Shown: positions 43,422-55,400 of the stretch, in pieces | Layout of the letters: the number at the start of each line of letters is the position of its first letter | Numbering within the stretch: the stretch's first letter is position 1 | Virus record (IMG/VR): IMGVR_UViG_3300028392_001993 | Location: 64,001 to 128,000 of that record | DNA from: a virus | Length of the DNA: 64,000 bases | Reading direction: 5' to 3' (one strand) | Made by a program: the position numbers and the translations under genes | The notes under the pieces: generated by a model | What the model was told of the DNA's origin: nothing | The model's database searches: none | Seen by the model: only the letters and a program-made list of their open reading frames with translations

Positions 43422-43440
43422 GGTCTTTTATTTACCTTGT

Positions 43441-46400
43441 TTATAAGCCACGCAAGAACCTTGCGGCTTGGGTATTGGTATCTTGTAGCGCAATTCCATC
43501 GCTGGCTGTGCCATCTCCCTGTGCGTACCAATTAAGACCCTGGCGCACCAAAATTGTAACTTCTGCGCCTGCGGCAGGGGCAGTTAACGGTGGAGATACA
43601 GCATCGTCTATAACAAACTCCACTGCCAACGGATCGTAGTCTGTTATAAAATAACGGTATCGACTGGTCGCTGAGGTATCGCTATAAGCATATTGGCGTT
43701 CGCCGCCTACATATACTTCAACTGCATCTGTTTCCACTGTGGAATCCGCAAAGTCAGCAAATGCTATGCTTGGTGCGTAGAATATTGTAGTGCTATCATC
43801 ACCCATGCTTGAATCGCTTACAACTGAATCTTGATACTTTATAGGCAATAAATTGTTACGTCCCATATCATATACACTAGCACCAGTAGTGTGATCGGCT
43901 GCACTGGTTCCTGCGGTTCCTCGCAACAGGCTCGAAATTGTATTGAGTGCTGTACTTCTTTCGCGGTACATGATACGCTCGCCGTTGATTGTGATTACGC
44001 CAAAGATTCCTAACACTAAATCAGGGGTGCTTAAACGACTTGCATCTGTTACGTAAATAATATCAGCAGTGCTTGACAAATCTTGTGCTAGAGTTGTGGT
44101 TGTAGCCTCAGTAATTCTATAGGTTGCCTGCACTCCACGCATGTCTTGGAATATGCGGAAAGCCATTGCTTCTGGCACAACGCTATTGGTAAATTCTTCA
44201 ATTACCATAACTTGAGATGCGCCAATTGCACCACTGGCTAAAATTAAGTAATCGCCTTGGACAGAGTAATCCACACCTTCAAACAATCTGTAACCATCTA
44301 ATGTAACCCACAGTCTACTGGCATTGTTTAAACTTCGTTCTAGATAGAAATCATTTGAGGCGACAGAAGTACCTACAGCGTAGTCAAACGATCCGGAAGT
44401 AAAATCAGTTGTGGCTGGAGAATAAACTGTGCTATCATAAGGTTCTGTAATTGTTAGGCCTGAAGTAATTGGACCTTGAAACACCAAGGTCAATGGCCAT
44501 AATTGTGCAGTATCATTCCAGGTAGTAATACCAAATATGTCATTCAAATTGACGGTGGCTCTAACTTGTAACTGATTGCCAACAATTATATAATCTGCCA
44601 CGGTGCTTACAGCAATTAAAATTCTTGCGCCGCTGACCGGAGGAGTAGTGAACACCACCTGACGTCCTGGCGTGTTGCTACCTGTCCAGTTGGTCACACT
44701 ATATGTTCCTACTGTGGCGCCGGCATTTTGCACTTGTAGTATGTTGTCAACCCAGACGCTTATATCTGTTGTTGGATTGATAATTTGTTGGCTGTATCCA
44801 CCGCGTTGTGGCAATCCAAAGCTCACACTGGAATCATCGCCGATCCATTCAATACCTTCAGCTGGCCTTAGTCTCAGACCATTGCGTGTGACCACTGCGT
44901 TGACTGAATTTGATCCTTGTAGACTATTGGTTAAAACTATGGTTTTGTTAGTTACAATACTGCTGTCAGCTACAGTATACTGTGTTTGTGGAGTACTCCA
45001 CGAATATGCTGTAGATGCATTTCCAGTACCAGATCCAATTCCAGTGGCAATAAAACTAACACTTAATGTACTGGATGCGGCGCTAATTGCTGTCCAGTTG
45101 GTTGTGCCCACTTCGGTAATTGTATATGATTTGCCTATTACAAAATTGCCAGCATCAATGGTGTTTACTCCAAATGCCACCAAGGCAACACCATCGGTTA
45201 GGCCAGGATCAGTACCAAGGTCAACTAGACTTTGTAAAGTTGGGGTAAATTCAAGCCAGTACAAAGGATTAGAGATGCTTGTGCCAACTGGTACAGTTTG
45301 TAGCGCACGATAGTAATTGCCGCTGTCGTTGACAACGTCTAGAGTGTTATAGGTATCTAGGATGTTCCAAGCGGTACTTTCAGTATATGGAATCCAACTC
45401 ACACCACTAATGATGCTGCCATTTATAAAAACAGCCACACTGGTAATTTCAGCAGAGTTGACTGGAATTATCACAGTCTCTCCAATGTCTCCGCCAATAT
45501 AGTTGGCGCGATATAATTGGCTGCCACCACCTAATTCAAACACATTGATTTGGAATTGGTCGCCTGATGATACTGTCACTGGTACTACAGTTTGATTAAC
45601 CCAGTCAATAGTGTAATCAACATCACGTGTGAGATCTTTTCCTGTAGTAATATCGCTTACTAATACTTCTACTGGGTGATCAACCACATTTGCCCAACTG
45701 TATTCAAGTGCAATAGCAGGGTCATATGTGTAGCGCACTGTGCTCCATTGGAAACCGTGTCCGTCTCTGTTCCAGTCAGCACCAGGGCGTGTGTAAACAC
45801 GGAAGTCAAGGGTATCAAATTCTGCACCGTTGATCAATTCTTCAGGTGAGTGCCCTTCATACAAGCCAATGAATTCGCCGCCATCTATATTGATGTCTGT
45901 AGGCAGGTCGCCTAGTGTAGTGTCTGTAAATTCACTAGAGTAGGTAGCATCTATACTTAAAGGATCGCGCAAGAAGTAGTCGCCGTACACCTGTACGCCA
46001 GGGTAGTCAACTCCATCAATTAACAATGGTAACTCAAGTCCTGGCTGATTAACTCCAGGTACATAGTATCCCATGGTACGATCAACACCTGTTAAGTTTC
46101 TAGCAGGTACTACAGTCCAATCTTCAAGATTAAATGCAGGGCCAACTACTGCGGTTGAATCAGCAGGTGTGGCTTGCCATACGCGATCTTCATATCGTAC
46201 CAACATACCAGATTGATATGTTCCATCTGGGTTCCAGGTCATTACATCACTGAAGTATTGGAATCTGTCGTATTTTATTACTGTGCGAAAACTACGCACA
46301 AGATTGTTGTTCATTCTGGCATAGGCACGGGCTTCCGTTCCGTTGCCACCGTCAAATGTGATAGCAGGTGTTTGGCTATATCCAGATCCTGGATTTGTAA

Positions 46401-49400
46401 CGTTTACTGCAACTACTTTTCCTAAACTGTTAATAATTGCAACTGCTTCAGCTGACTCAACAGCATCACCTGTGATAACCACTAGAGGTGGTTCTGTATA
46501 CCCCGAGCCGCTGTCAATAATTTCTACGCTATCCAATACTAACAAATAATTGCTATACCACTGATTGTAAGGCCAAGTGGTCCATACAGCACTGGTTGCG
46601 GGCAAATCGCTTTGTGTATTTGTTTGAGAATTAAACGCATCGCCGTGAGCATATGGCAACAAGATTGGACTTGTAAACGTAGGTACTTCTAACGCGGTAT
46701 TGTAATATGCCGGCAAATCAAAGTCAGTTAGATCACCAAAAAACTCGTCAAAGCCAGTGTACTTTAGATTGAACTCGCGAACACTAACGTGATATGGTTT
46801 GACTTCTTGGATATAGTCTTGTACAAACTCCTGGTTGTCAATCACATAGTTTTGATACGGAATCAGTTGACGAATTCTGTGATCCACATCAATCAAACTG
46901 GTCTTGACCAGCCACTCTGGTGCTGAAAATTCACTCAACACAAAGTTAAACATTAGCACCAAGGCTTTGTTGCGTTGGATAGCAAGATCATCTATTAGTA
47001 GTTCTTGATTGATGGCCTGAATGATTTTGCGAGTTTCTGTCACGGGCTCTTGATCAAAATATTGAGCATCAAAAACTTCAACGTCAAATCCAAAGCGTCC
47101 TAGTGCGTAGTCCCATAATTCAGCAGAGAATTCAATGGTGCCGTCTTGCAATGCAACTCGTTCCCATCCTAGATCAGTCAACAAATAAATTTCAAATTTG
47201 CCTTGAGCATTAGCAGTGACTTTGACACTGCTACCAATAGGAACAGTAAGGGTTGCCAACACTGAATAAGTAGCAACTTCTGCCACAACCTTGGTACTAG
47301 AATTGTAACCAGGACGATACCAATTGATATAACTCCAGTAATCTGGTGTGTTGTATCCTTGCACCCGAGTTAGAGTTAATACTCTTGTGCCAGGTGCGGT
47401 ATCACTTTCTTCAACTGTGTAGATTGTCCACAGGCCGCGATTGAGACTGTCAGTGGCCACAAGGTATTTGTAACCTAGTGGAATAGATCCGTTGGGATTA
47501 CTCCAGTATGGGGTTTGAAAACTCAGTATCTCTAGGTTGGCTACCTGTAGATCCCACAGAGTTTCAGTCACGCTATCAACTACCACAGTCTGCGGAGGAA
47601 TAGGTTCGCTACTGTTGAGCAGATAGAATGATCTACTTTCACTAATAGGATACTGTGCTAATACTGCATTCACCCGCTTCAAATAGTTTTTCAATGCAAG
47701 GAAGCGATCCACAAACATACTCTGACGCGGACGGAACTGAACCCCATAACGCTCCGACGGGCCAAGGTTAGGGTCAGGTACTTTGTTGCCAAATGTATCT
47801 ACACCGCAAAAACTATCTTGAAGTTTGCGATACAAATTATCGCTCAAGAAACCGTCAGCACGATCTTGTGGGATTAACTCATATTCAACGTGAACGTTAT
47901 CATTATTATACTCACGATCATATTCAATACTAATGATAGTATCGCTGGCGCTGATGTAGTCCGCACTGTTGTACAATGCAATTGTACTGGCATTGATTGG
48001 TGCCATATAAGGAATACCACTGGCCTTGGGATCGGTAATGTAGGATGCAACTGTACTTGCTGGCAATGTTTTGCCAAGTTGCGAGGATGTCACAGTAATA
48101 CCACGCACCCAGAAATAATAATAGGTAGCAAATGTTCCATCTTGTGATAGATTGCTGTTTATAGTATAAGATGTTGTATTTAAAGGCGTGCCCTCACCAA
48201 CATAGTTTGCAGGCGGTGTATTGCTTTGCACCCATTGATACACATCAACTGTGCTACCAGGGAATAGTTGTGCCCAACGACGGCTGGCGTATGTGATTGA
48301 ATCTTGGTTAGGATCAATAAATCTTACCGAACTAATATCCCACCAAATTTCTCCCACGTGGCTTGCAAACCATGTGGTGTTGTTTAAGTTTGTGCTACCG
48401 GTATTGTAAGAGGCAGGATCTACTGCACTAACATAATCAATATTGGCGCGGGCCGCGCCAAGAATCTTGCCTTGCAACGGGTTGATAAAGTCCAAGAACT
48501 CTGTTCTAGCACTGGTGATTCTATCATACAAGAACACACTATTCAACAGTCGAATATCAACTGTGGGTTGTTCAATTTCTACCACAGCCCAGGCCGGTGA
48601 ATTGGTTGGGTTCTCAAACACAAACACAGCACCAAAGTTGGCTGCACTATCGCCAGCATCATCTTTTGGTGCGCCAACCATTAGCACACCCGAAGTATAA
48701 TTCACTGCCGCTCCGAATTGATCGTATGGTCCAACCTGACTATTGTTGACCTGTTGTCCAAACACAAACTTACCTGGATTGGTTATGCTCAATGAATTGC
48801 TAGGCAAATAATCAAATGTATAAATTGCGCCGCTTTGAATGATTACCGAGAAAAATATGGTACTGCCAGCATCAAAATATGTTGTGCCATCATCAAATAC
48901 AGTTTCAAGATATAATGTACCACGTGGTGCGCCAACTACTAAGTTAATAGCATTGTCGTTGATACTGATAGCACTGCCAAAGCCTGCATACTCTACTGGG
49001 TACGGGCTGGTGATTGATTGTGTCCAGGCAAATGTATTAAATCCTAATGTAGTAAACGCTGTGCCTACACTGCCTGGAGCCACTTGCACTTTGTTAAATG
49101 GTGCGGCAGCGTCAGAATTTTTAACACTGATTGTGAGATAGCCTGTGGTGCTTACTGTGGCCAGCACGTTTGGCACTGTGTTGTTGATGGCTGTGGCCAA
49201 ACTTGCCACTGTGGTACCAGTCAACATCACATCCTGGTTGTTGACTCTTAGAGTATTGCCCACGGTCAGCACAGGATTGGCCACTGTGGCAGTGATTGTG
49301 CCGTAGATACGACTTTGATTTACAAAACGTTCAACTATGCCGCCTTTGAATATTTGCACACTACTCTGTGGCTCGCCCACATACAGGCTACAGTTGTTGT

Positions 49401-52400
49401 CACAGATGGCCACGGCCTGACCAAAGTTTGAATAGTTGGCCGCTGTGTTTTGTGCGACTGTTTGCAACAGGTTAAACTGGTTAGTTTCAATCTCAACTAT
49501 ATCACCCACCTGCAAGTCCGCAAAGATTGTAACTGTGTTACCACTTACTGTGAACGAGTCCGGGGCGTTGATCACGCTGTTGGTTTGATTGATGTAGAAT
49601 TCGTTGTTGACAATCACGCTTACAGGTGCAGTTGGGGTAGTTCCTAATACTGTGAAGCTCACGCTAGATGGATCTTCACCATAGATGAATCGTTGTACAT
49701 TGCGATCAAATACGTAAACTTGTCCAGCTTCTGCATTGCCGTTGACTGTGGTATAAGGTGTACCTACCATGACCTGACGACCGTCTGTGGTGCAAGAAAT
49801 GCTGTGACCAAAACGATCTGTTGCGCCAAGCCCAGCCACTGTCAACGTGTTTACATATTCAAAATAGCCTTCGGCTTTTACAACTATAATATTACTGCTG
49901 ATATAAGATCCAGTAAATGTTACAGTTGTGCCAGAGAATGTATAATCAATATTGGGACGTAATAGTGTTCCATCAACTGTGATACTAAACGAATAAATGT
50001 TTGTGGCAGTGAACAATCCCGGCAGCGACGAGGAAACTCCAGCAAGGTTGTATGTTGATACAGTGTATGGAATTTGGAAACTGTTGTATCGTGCAAATTC
50101 AATTATTATATTAGCAACGGCTGTTCCTGTGCCGGATCCAACACCAGTAGCAACAAATGTGACTCCTACTGTGTTTGAACTTGCACCAATTGCCACATAG
50201 TCCGTGGTTCCCACGGTTAAAATAGTATATGTTGTCCCAATGTTAAACCCTCCAGCAGTAGTTTTGCCAGGAATAGATGTGAATGTAACAATATTAAAGT
50301 TATTGTCAATGGTGTAATCAACATTGACTGTTTGTACTTGTCCATTCAAAGTTACCTTGAGTTGGTACTCGTTGTTGATTTGAATAGTACTGTTTATAGC
50401 ATAAGAAGTTGTTGTGCCATCAGCAAAAACTTTGATAAACTGACTTTGCCAATCAACATACCCGTAGGCGTGTATACTGTTTAGGCCTGGAGCACCAATA
50501 TACATCCAACGTTCATCTAAACTCATTGCTACTGAATAACCAAACTCGCCTGCGCCAGTTAGTAGTGTTCCATAGCCTGCGGGTTGAGTGAGCAACTGCC
50601 ATTGACCATAAGGAATGACCCCAGGTGCTCCCAGTTGTGGATCACGATAAATCACACAGGCATAACCGTTGTTGGCTTGACTACCGGACCCTAAACTGGC
50701 ACTTGCACCTGCTACTGCCCAATTTTGATTGCCAAAGTCCACAGCATTACCATATCCGCGTACACCTGTTACATCTAATGTAAGGATAGCATCACCTTGA
50801 CCCACTGGGCTTACTGGAGTGTATTGATCGCCATAGCTCTTGACATACACATATATTGCACCTTTTGTGGTGCCGGTATTAAATCCATAATTTGGACTGC
50901 CTACCAAGGCGGCCAGTTTATTTCTAGCCTGAGCAACACTTTGGCCGTATTGTTCGTTGGCGTCTAATAGTACAGGATTTAATGCAATGATGCTTGAGAA
51001 TACATTGTTCTTTTGTAGTACTTCCCATAGCCCTGCACCATTGTCGTCAACCCAAACTTTGGCACCTGGCAAAATATTCAATGCGTACGGCAACGTGTCA
51101 ACATCGCTGGCCTGACTTATTCTTGTGGTTTGTAAAGTAAATCCAATTCCCGATCCATTGGCCACAGAACGGTTGCTAGTAAATGTAAATGCAATATTCA
51201 CTGTGTCAAGATTTGGCACGCCAAGTACTGTGTATACTCCATTGATTTCAGTATCAAAGAATTTGATGATTAGTTTATCGCCAACACTTAATTTGTGTTG
51301 GTCGTTAAAGATCACACGACTTGTGCCATTTAAGTTATCACAGACGTGCTGGATTTGCCCTGGCACTGCCTGGGCACGATAGATGCCCCAGTCATAATTG
51401 TTAATCTTGGCAACCCAAATGCTAGTACCTACTTCAATTTTGTCTATATTGGCAGCAAGACTGCTTGGATTTGCAATGTCAAACACTGTGATATCAGTGT
51501 CGTCAAGACTCACATACCCGGCAGTCGGCAATCCAATATCAGTTGGCAGTTCAGTTGTGGTAGGAAGAATGTCAGTACTGGTAAGTTTATAACTTGAGCG
51601 CCACACATCAGTTAGATATATTTGTTGATCTGCTTGACTTGGTTCTTGTGGTACTGTAACTTGTACCAGACTAGGATTAGAACTTAATAGTGCTCTATCC
51701 AAACGCAACTCAAGGAAACTACGATTAGCATTAGCACCATACACCGCACGTTGCACTGCCCAGTTTTCGTAGATGGTGTAGTCGGCGGCTTCTTTGCCTA
51801 GATTGGCTGCTTTGAAAAGATCAGCGGCTAAGATGGTGCCTTTGGTTCCCAAAAACTGACGATACACGTTTACTTGACTCACATCGTCAAGGTTCAATGC
51901 GGCTAGATATTGTCGTGGTTTAAATCCTATCAGACCATATGCCAATAAATCATTGTCAGTCTCAATGTTTGCGGCGTTGATGTTGTAACTATTGGCCAAT
52001 TGATCGGCCTTGTTGGCCAAGTTAGGTAACAGTCCGAGTTGAATTTGATTGTAGTTGCTTTGTGCCCAGACATTGAAGTCAAACTTTGTGCTAGGCTGAA
52101 CAATGGTCAATGCCGACCAATACACATTTTTGTACTTGACAATTTGTCCTTTGGTGTATCGTTTTAGTCCAGTCCACTCTTGGACGTTGTCTTGATTTAA
52201 AATAAATCCTGGAGTATCTACCGATCCATTCCAGTCATTGGTAGTAACTGCCACAAGGTTTAATCTATTTTGTCTTGCCCCAGTTATAGGATCGTAAATT
52301 AAGTCTCCAAACACACTCTTGTTACTTAATACAATCATATGTTCAAAATTAGTAAATCTTAAGTTGATGTAACTGATACTTTGTGTGCTCAATGGTTGTA

Positions 52401-55400
52401 TAGTAAAGGTATTGCCTAATCGAACAACGTTCAGAGTCCGGGTGGGGATTTCATTTGAATTTTGGTCTAGCAATAAGTTTTCGCTGGTCTCAGTTACAAT
52501 GCTATCTACTACAGCACCTGGGCGAGTAACAGTCAGCCCCATAGCCAGTGGATTTAAATTAATAATAGCATTAGAACCCCAACCTTGTTGACTCCAATAC
52601 AGGAACTCATTGACCATTCTTGACCAATCAAGAATATAACCATTAACTATATTAGTAAATGTTAAGCCTTGTTTTTCTAATAGTTTTCCGTAACTGAGCA
52701 AGAAATCACTCACCGCAGTTTCGTTTGCAAACACAAATCCATAAGGAACTTGTGTTACGTTATTTGAATAAAAAGTTGGTACTCGTACAGTAATACCACC
52801 GGCACTGTATTCTTGTAATTTTCCTACTGCTTGACTTTGTAGTATTTCAAAATAGGCCTGTGATGAACCGTATCCAAATACGGCATAGCCGCCGCCGCCA
52901 TCTACCTTTTGTACTGCTACACTACTGTACCTAATTTGATCAAATGGTTGGTTTTTGTACAACAAGATGTTGTAACTTTCGTCTGGGATTGTTAGTGTTG
53001 TATTGGTACTGTTAGGACTAGATTTTTCAGTCAACAATTTAATATATTGTTTGTCTGAATAACTGGCCATTCTGTAACACAATCTAACATCCAGCGCCTT
53101 GAGGTCAGCCGTTAACAAATCAGTTGAGTCTATGCCAGTTTGTCTATTGTAATCCACAATCCAGTTGATGTAACTGGCCTTGCTAGTGCCATTGCCATAC
53201 ACTTCAATACCGTTGGCATCTAGTCTATAACGTTGATTGTAAAGGAACTGATTATAGTCAGTATCAAATTTATATAAATCTCGATCAGCAAACAGCGCAA
53301 AGAACTTGGCAGGACGAGTCACTGCCAATACATGCATTACCGAGAATGGATATCCACTAGAGTTCCACCAAGATGCTTCAACTGGGCCACCGTCGCCAAT
53401 TGCCCAACTCTTTTGGTATCTAGAACTGATGTTTTGATTTAATGGTACGCCTCCCACAACACTATCTCGTGGGCTCAATAGTTCACCTTCACCTCCTGTG
53501 GGAATAACCGAAGTTAAGCCAGGTCTTGAGTATTTGGGTTTGTAGTAAGGTGCAACCGGATCAGCCACAAGACCAGCTTCTAGGTCATCCCACAACACCA
53601 AGTTGTCAGCGGTATATGGAGCTGGACCATAACGGCCGACCCACCATGAGGGTTCAACTTCTAATCCCAACATTTCCCAAGGTGAGTAACTGGGTTGTTG
53701 CGTGTCGTAAAAGTAGCGATAGATACCGCGCCAGGCGCCTAGTAAATTTTGCTTATTGAGTTTGTTGGTATCACTGGTATAGTTCCATGTAAATTCATTG
53801 GTGGCACTAAACACTTGTTCGTTATAGTTTAACTTGTTCCATCCGCAATAACTCAATAGATCTGTGCCAAAAATAGTATTGATTTCTTCAAAGGTATATC
53901 CAGTGTCACGGAACTGTCCAGGTAACACATCTTCCACAGTGAGTGGTACAGGATTGCCATCTTGTTTGATGTTGCTGTAAATTCTAGTTTCAAATTCTAA
54001 CAACACCTGATCACGAATGTCACCAAACACCGGAGTTTCACTACCGTCGTGGCCGATGATAAATTCACCTGTACCGTTTGAGGTTACCAAGGTTGTGATT
54101 TCTGGTTGCCATTTTGGATATAACCCCATTTTACTAGGCGTATTAGGTACAAAACTTCCGTAGGTGGCGTTGTATTCGTTGATAATAACAGTATCGCCAA
54201 TAGCAAGTGTAGCCGATATTGTCAAACGTGGACCGTCTACCGCCACAACATAATCTTTGTCTCTTGTTAAAATATCATTGTTTAGATATACACAAAGACC
54301 AAGATAGTTAGATGATGTGTAGTTGTACACCTGTACAGTATCAAATGTGGCCCGAGTTGTTAGGCCCACAGTATAGGTATTACTATAAGTTGTAACACCT
54401 TGGGGAATCATATCGCCCCAATAGAATGGTTGGGTATCTAATTTTCCTAAAGTGATATCTTGTATGGCCTGATCAAGAATACTAGAGGTAGTTTTAAGCG
54501 CAATGTTATTTTGAATCAACACAGCATCCAGCATCTGTGCTTTGAACTTGATATATTCGCGACTGTTGTATTGTAATGATTCAAATATGTTGTAACTAGG
54601 ACTACGCATAAAGTAGCCGGCCAAAGTTAACGGGCTACTTTGTTGTAGAATTTCTAATCCGTAAGGAATGATGTTGCCAAGGTCTCTGCTGTTGTTTGAT
54701 CCGTTGATTGGTCCAGTTAAGGTCAATAGATTTTCACAGATACTTTCATAGTGTGTGCGTATGGTGCCCAATGTAAATGCAGGACTGTTTGAATTGAAAG
54801 GATTGCTTTGTAAGTTGTTGGGTACTTGATAAAATCCCACATTGCTGGTTTGGTCGCTTAATGCCAATACTTCAATAACATCTGTGGGTAGATATATATC
54901 AGTTAATGTAATAACTGTGTTATCTGTTCCCACAGTATAAGTGTACATACTTGGTTCAATAAACACACTACCAACATAAACTTTTATTACAGGAAATGCA
55001 ATCGATGATTGTGCTAATACTGGAACATCAAGTTTAAGAGTTTGCCCTGTATAGGTAAACTTAAATTGTTGATAAATTTGCTGTGTTACAGCCGCAGTTT
55101 GCCAACCAATCAGTTTATGATATGTTACTCGATCTTCGTACTCTCTAGCGGCACCAGAACTGATAGGATAGGTAGTACTTACATTGTCAATAGTATAAGT
55201 GAACGTGTCAACATACAAGTTATTGTCAAACAAAATATCACCAACGTTGTTGATGTTTAGATATTGTAAGGGGAATTGCAATACAGGATCAAGAATGGTT
55301 GTGTCGCCCACAGCATAACTGAATAATTTTGATCCTGTAAAGTCACTTGATTGGTATTTGACTTTGTTGCCAAAGCTCACACCTTCCGTGTCATACACAT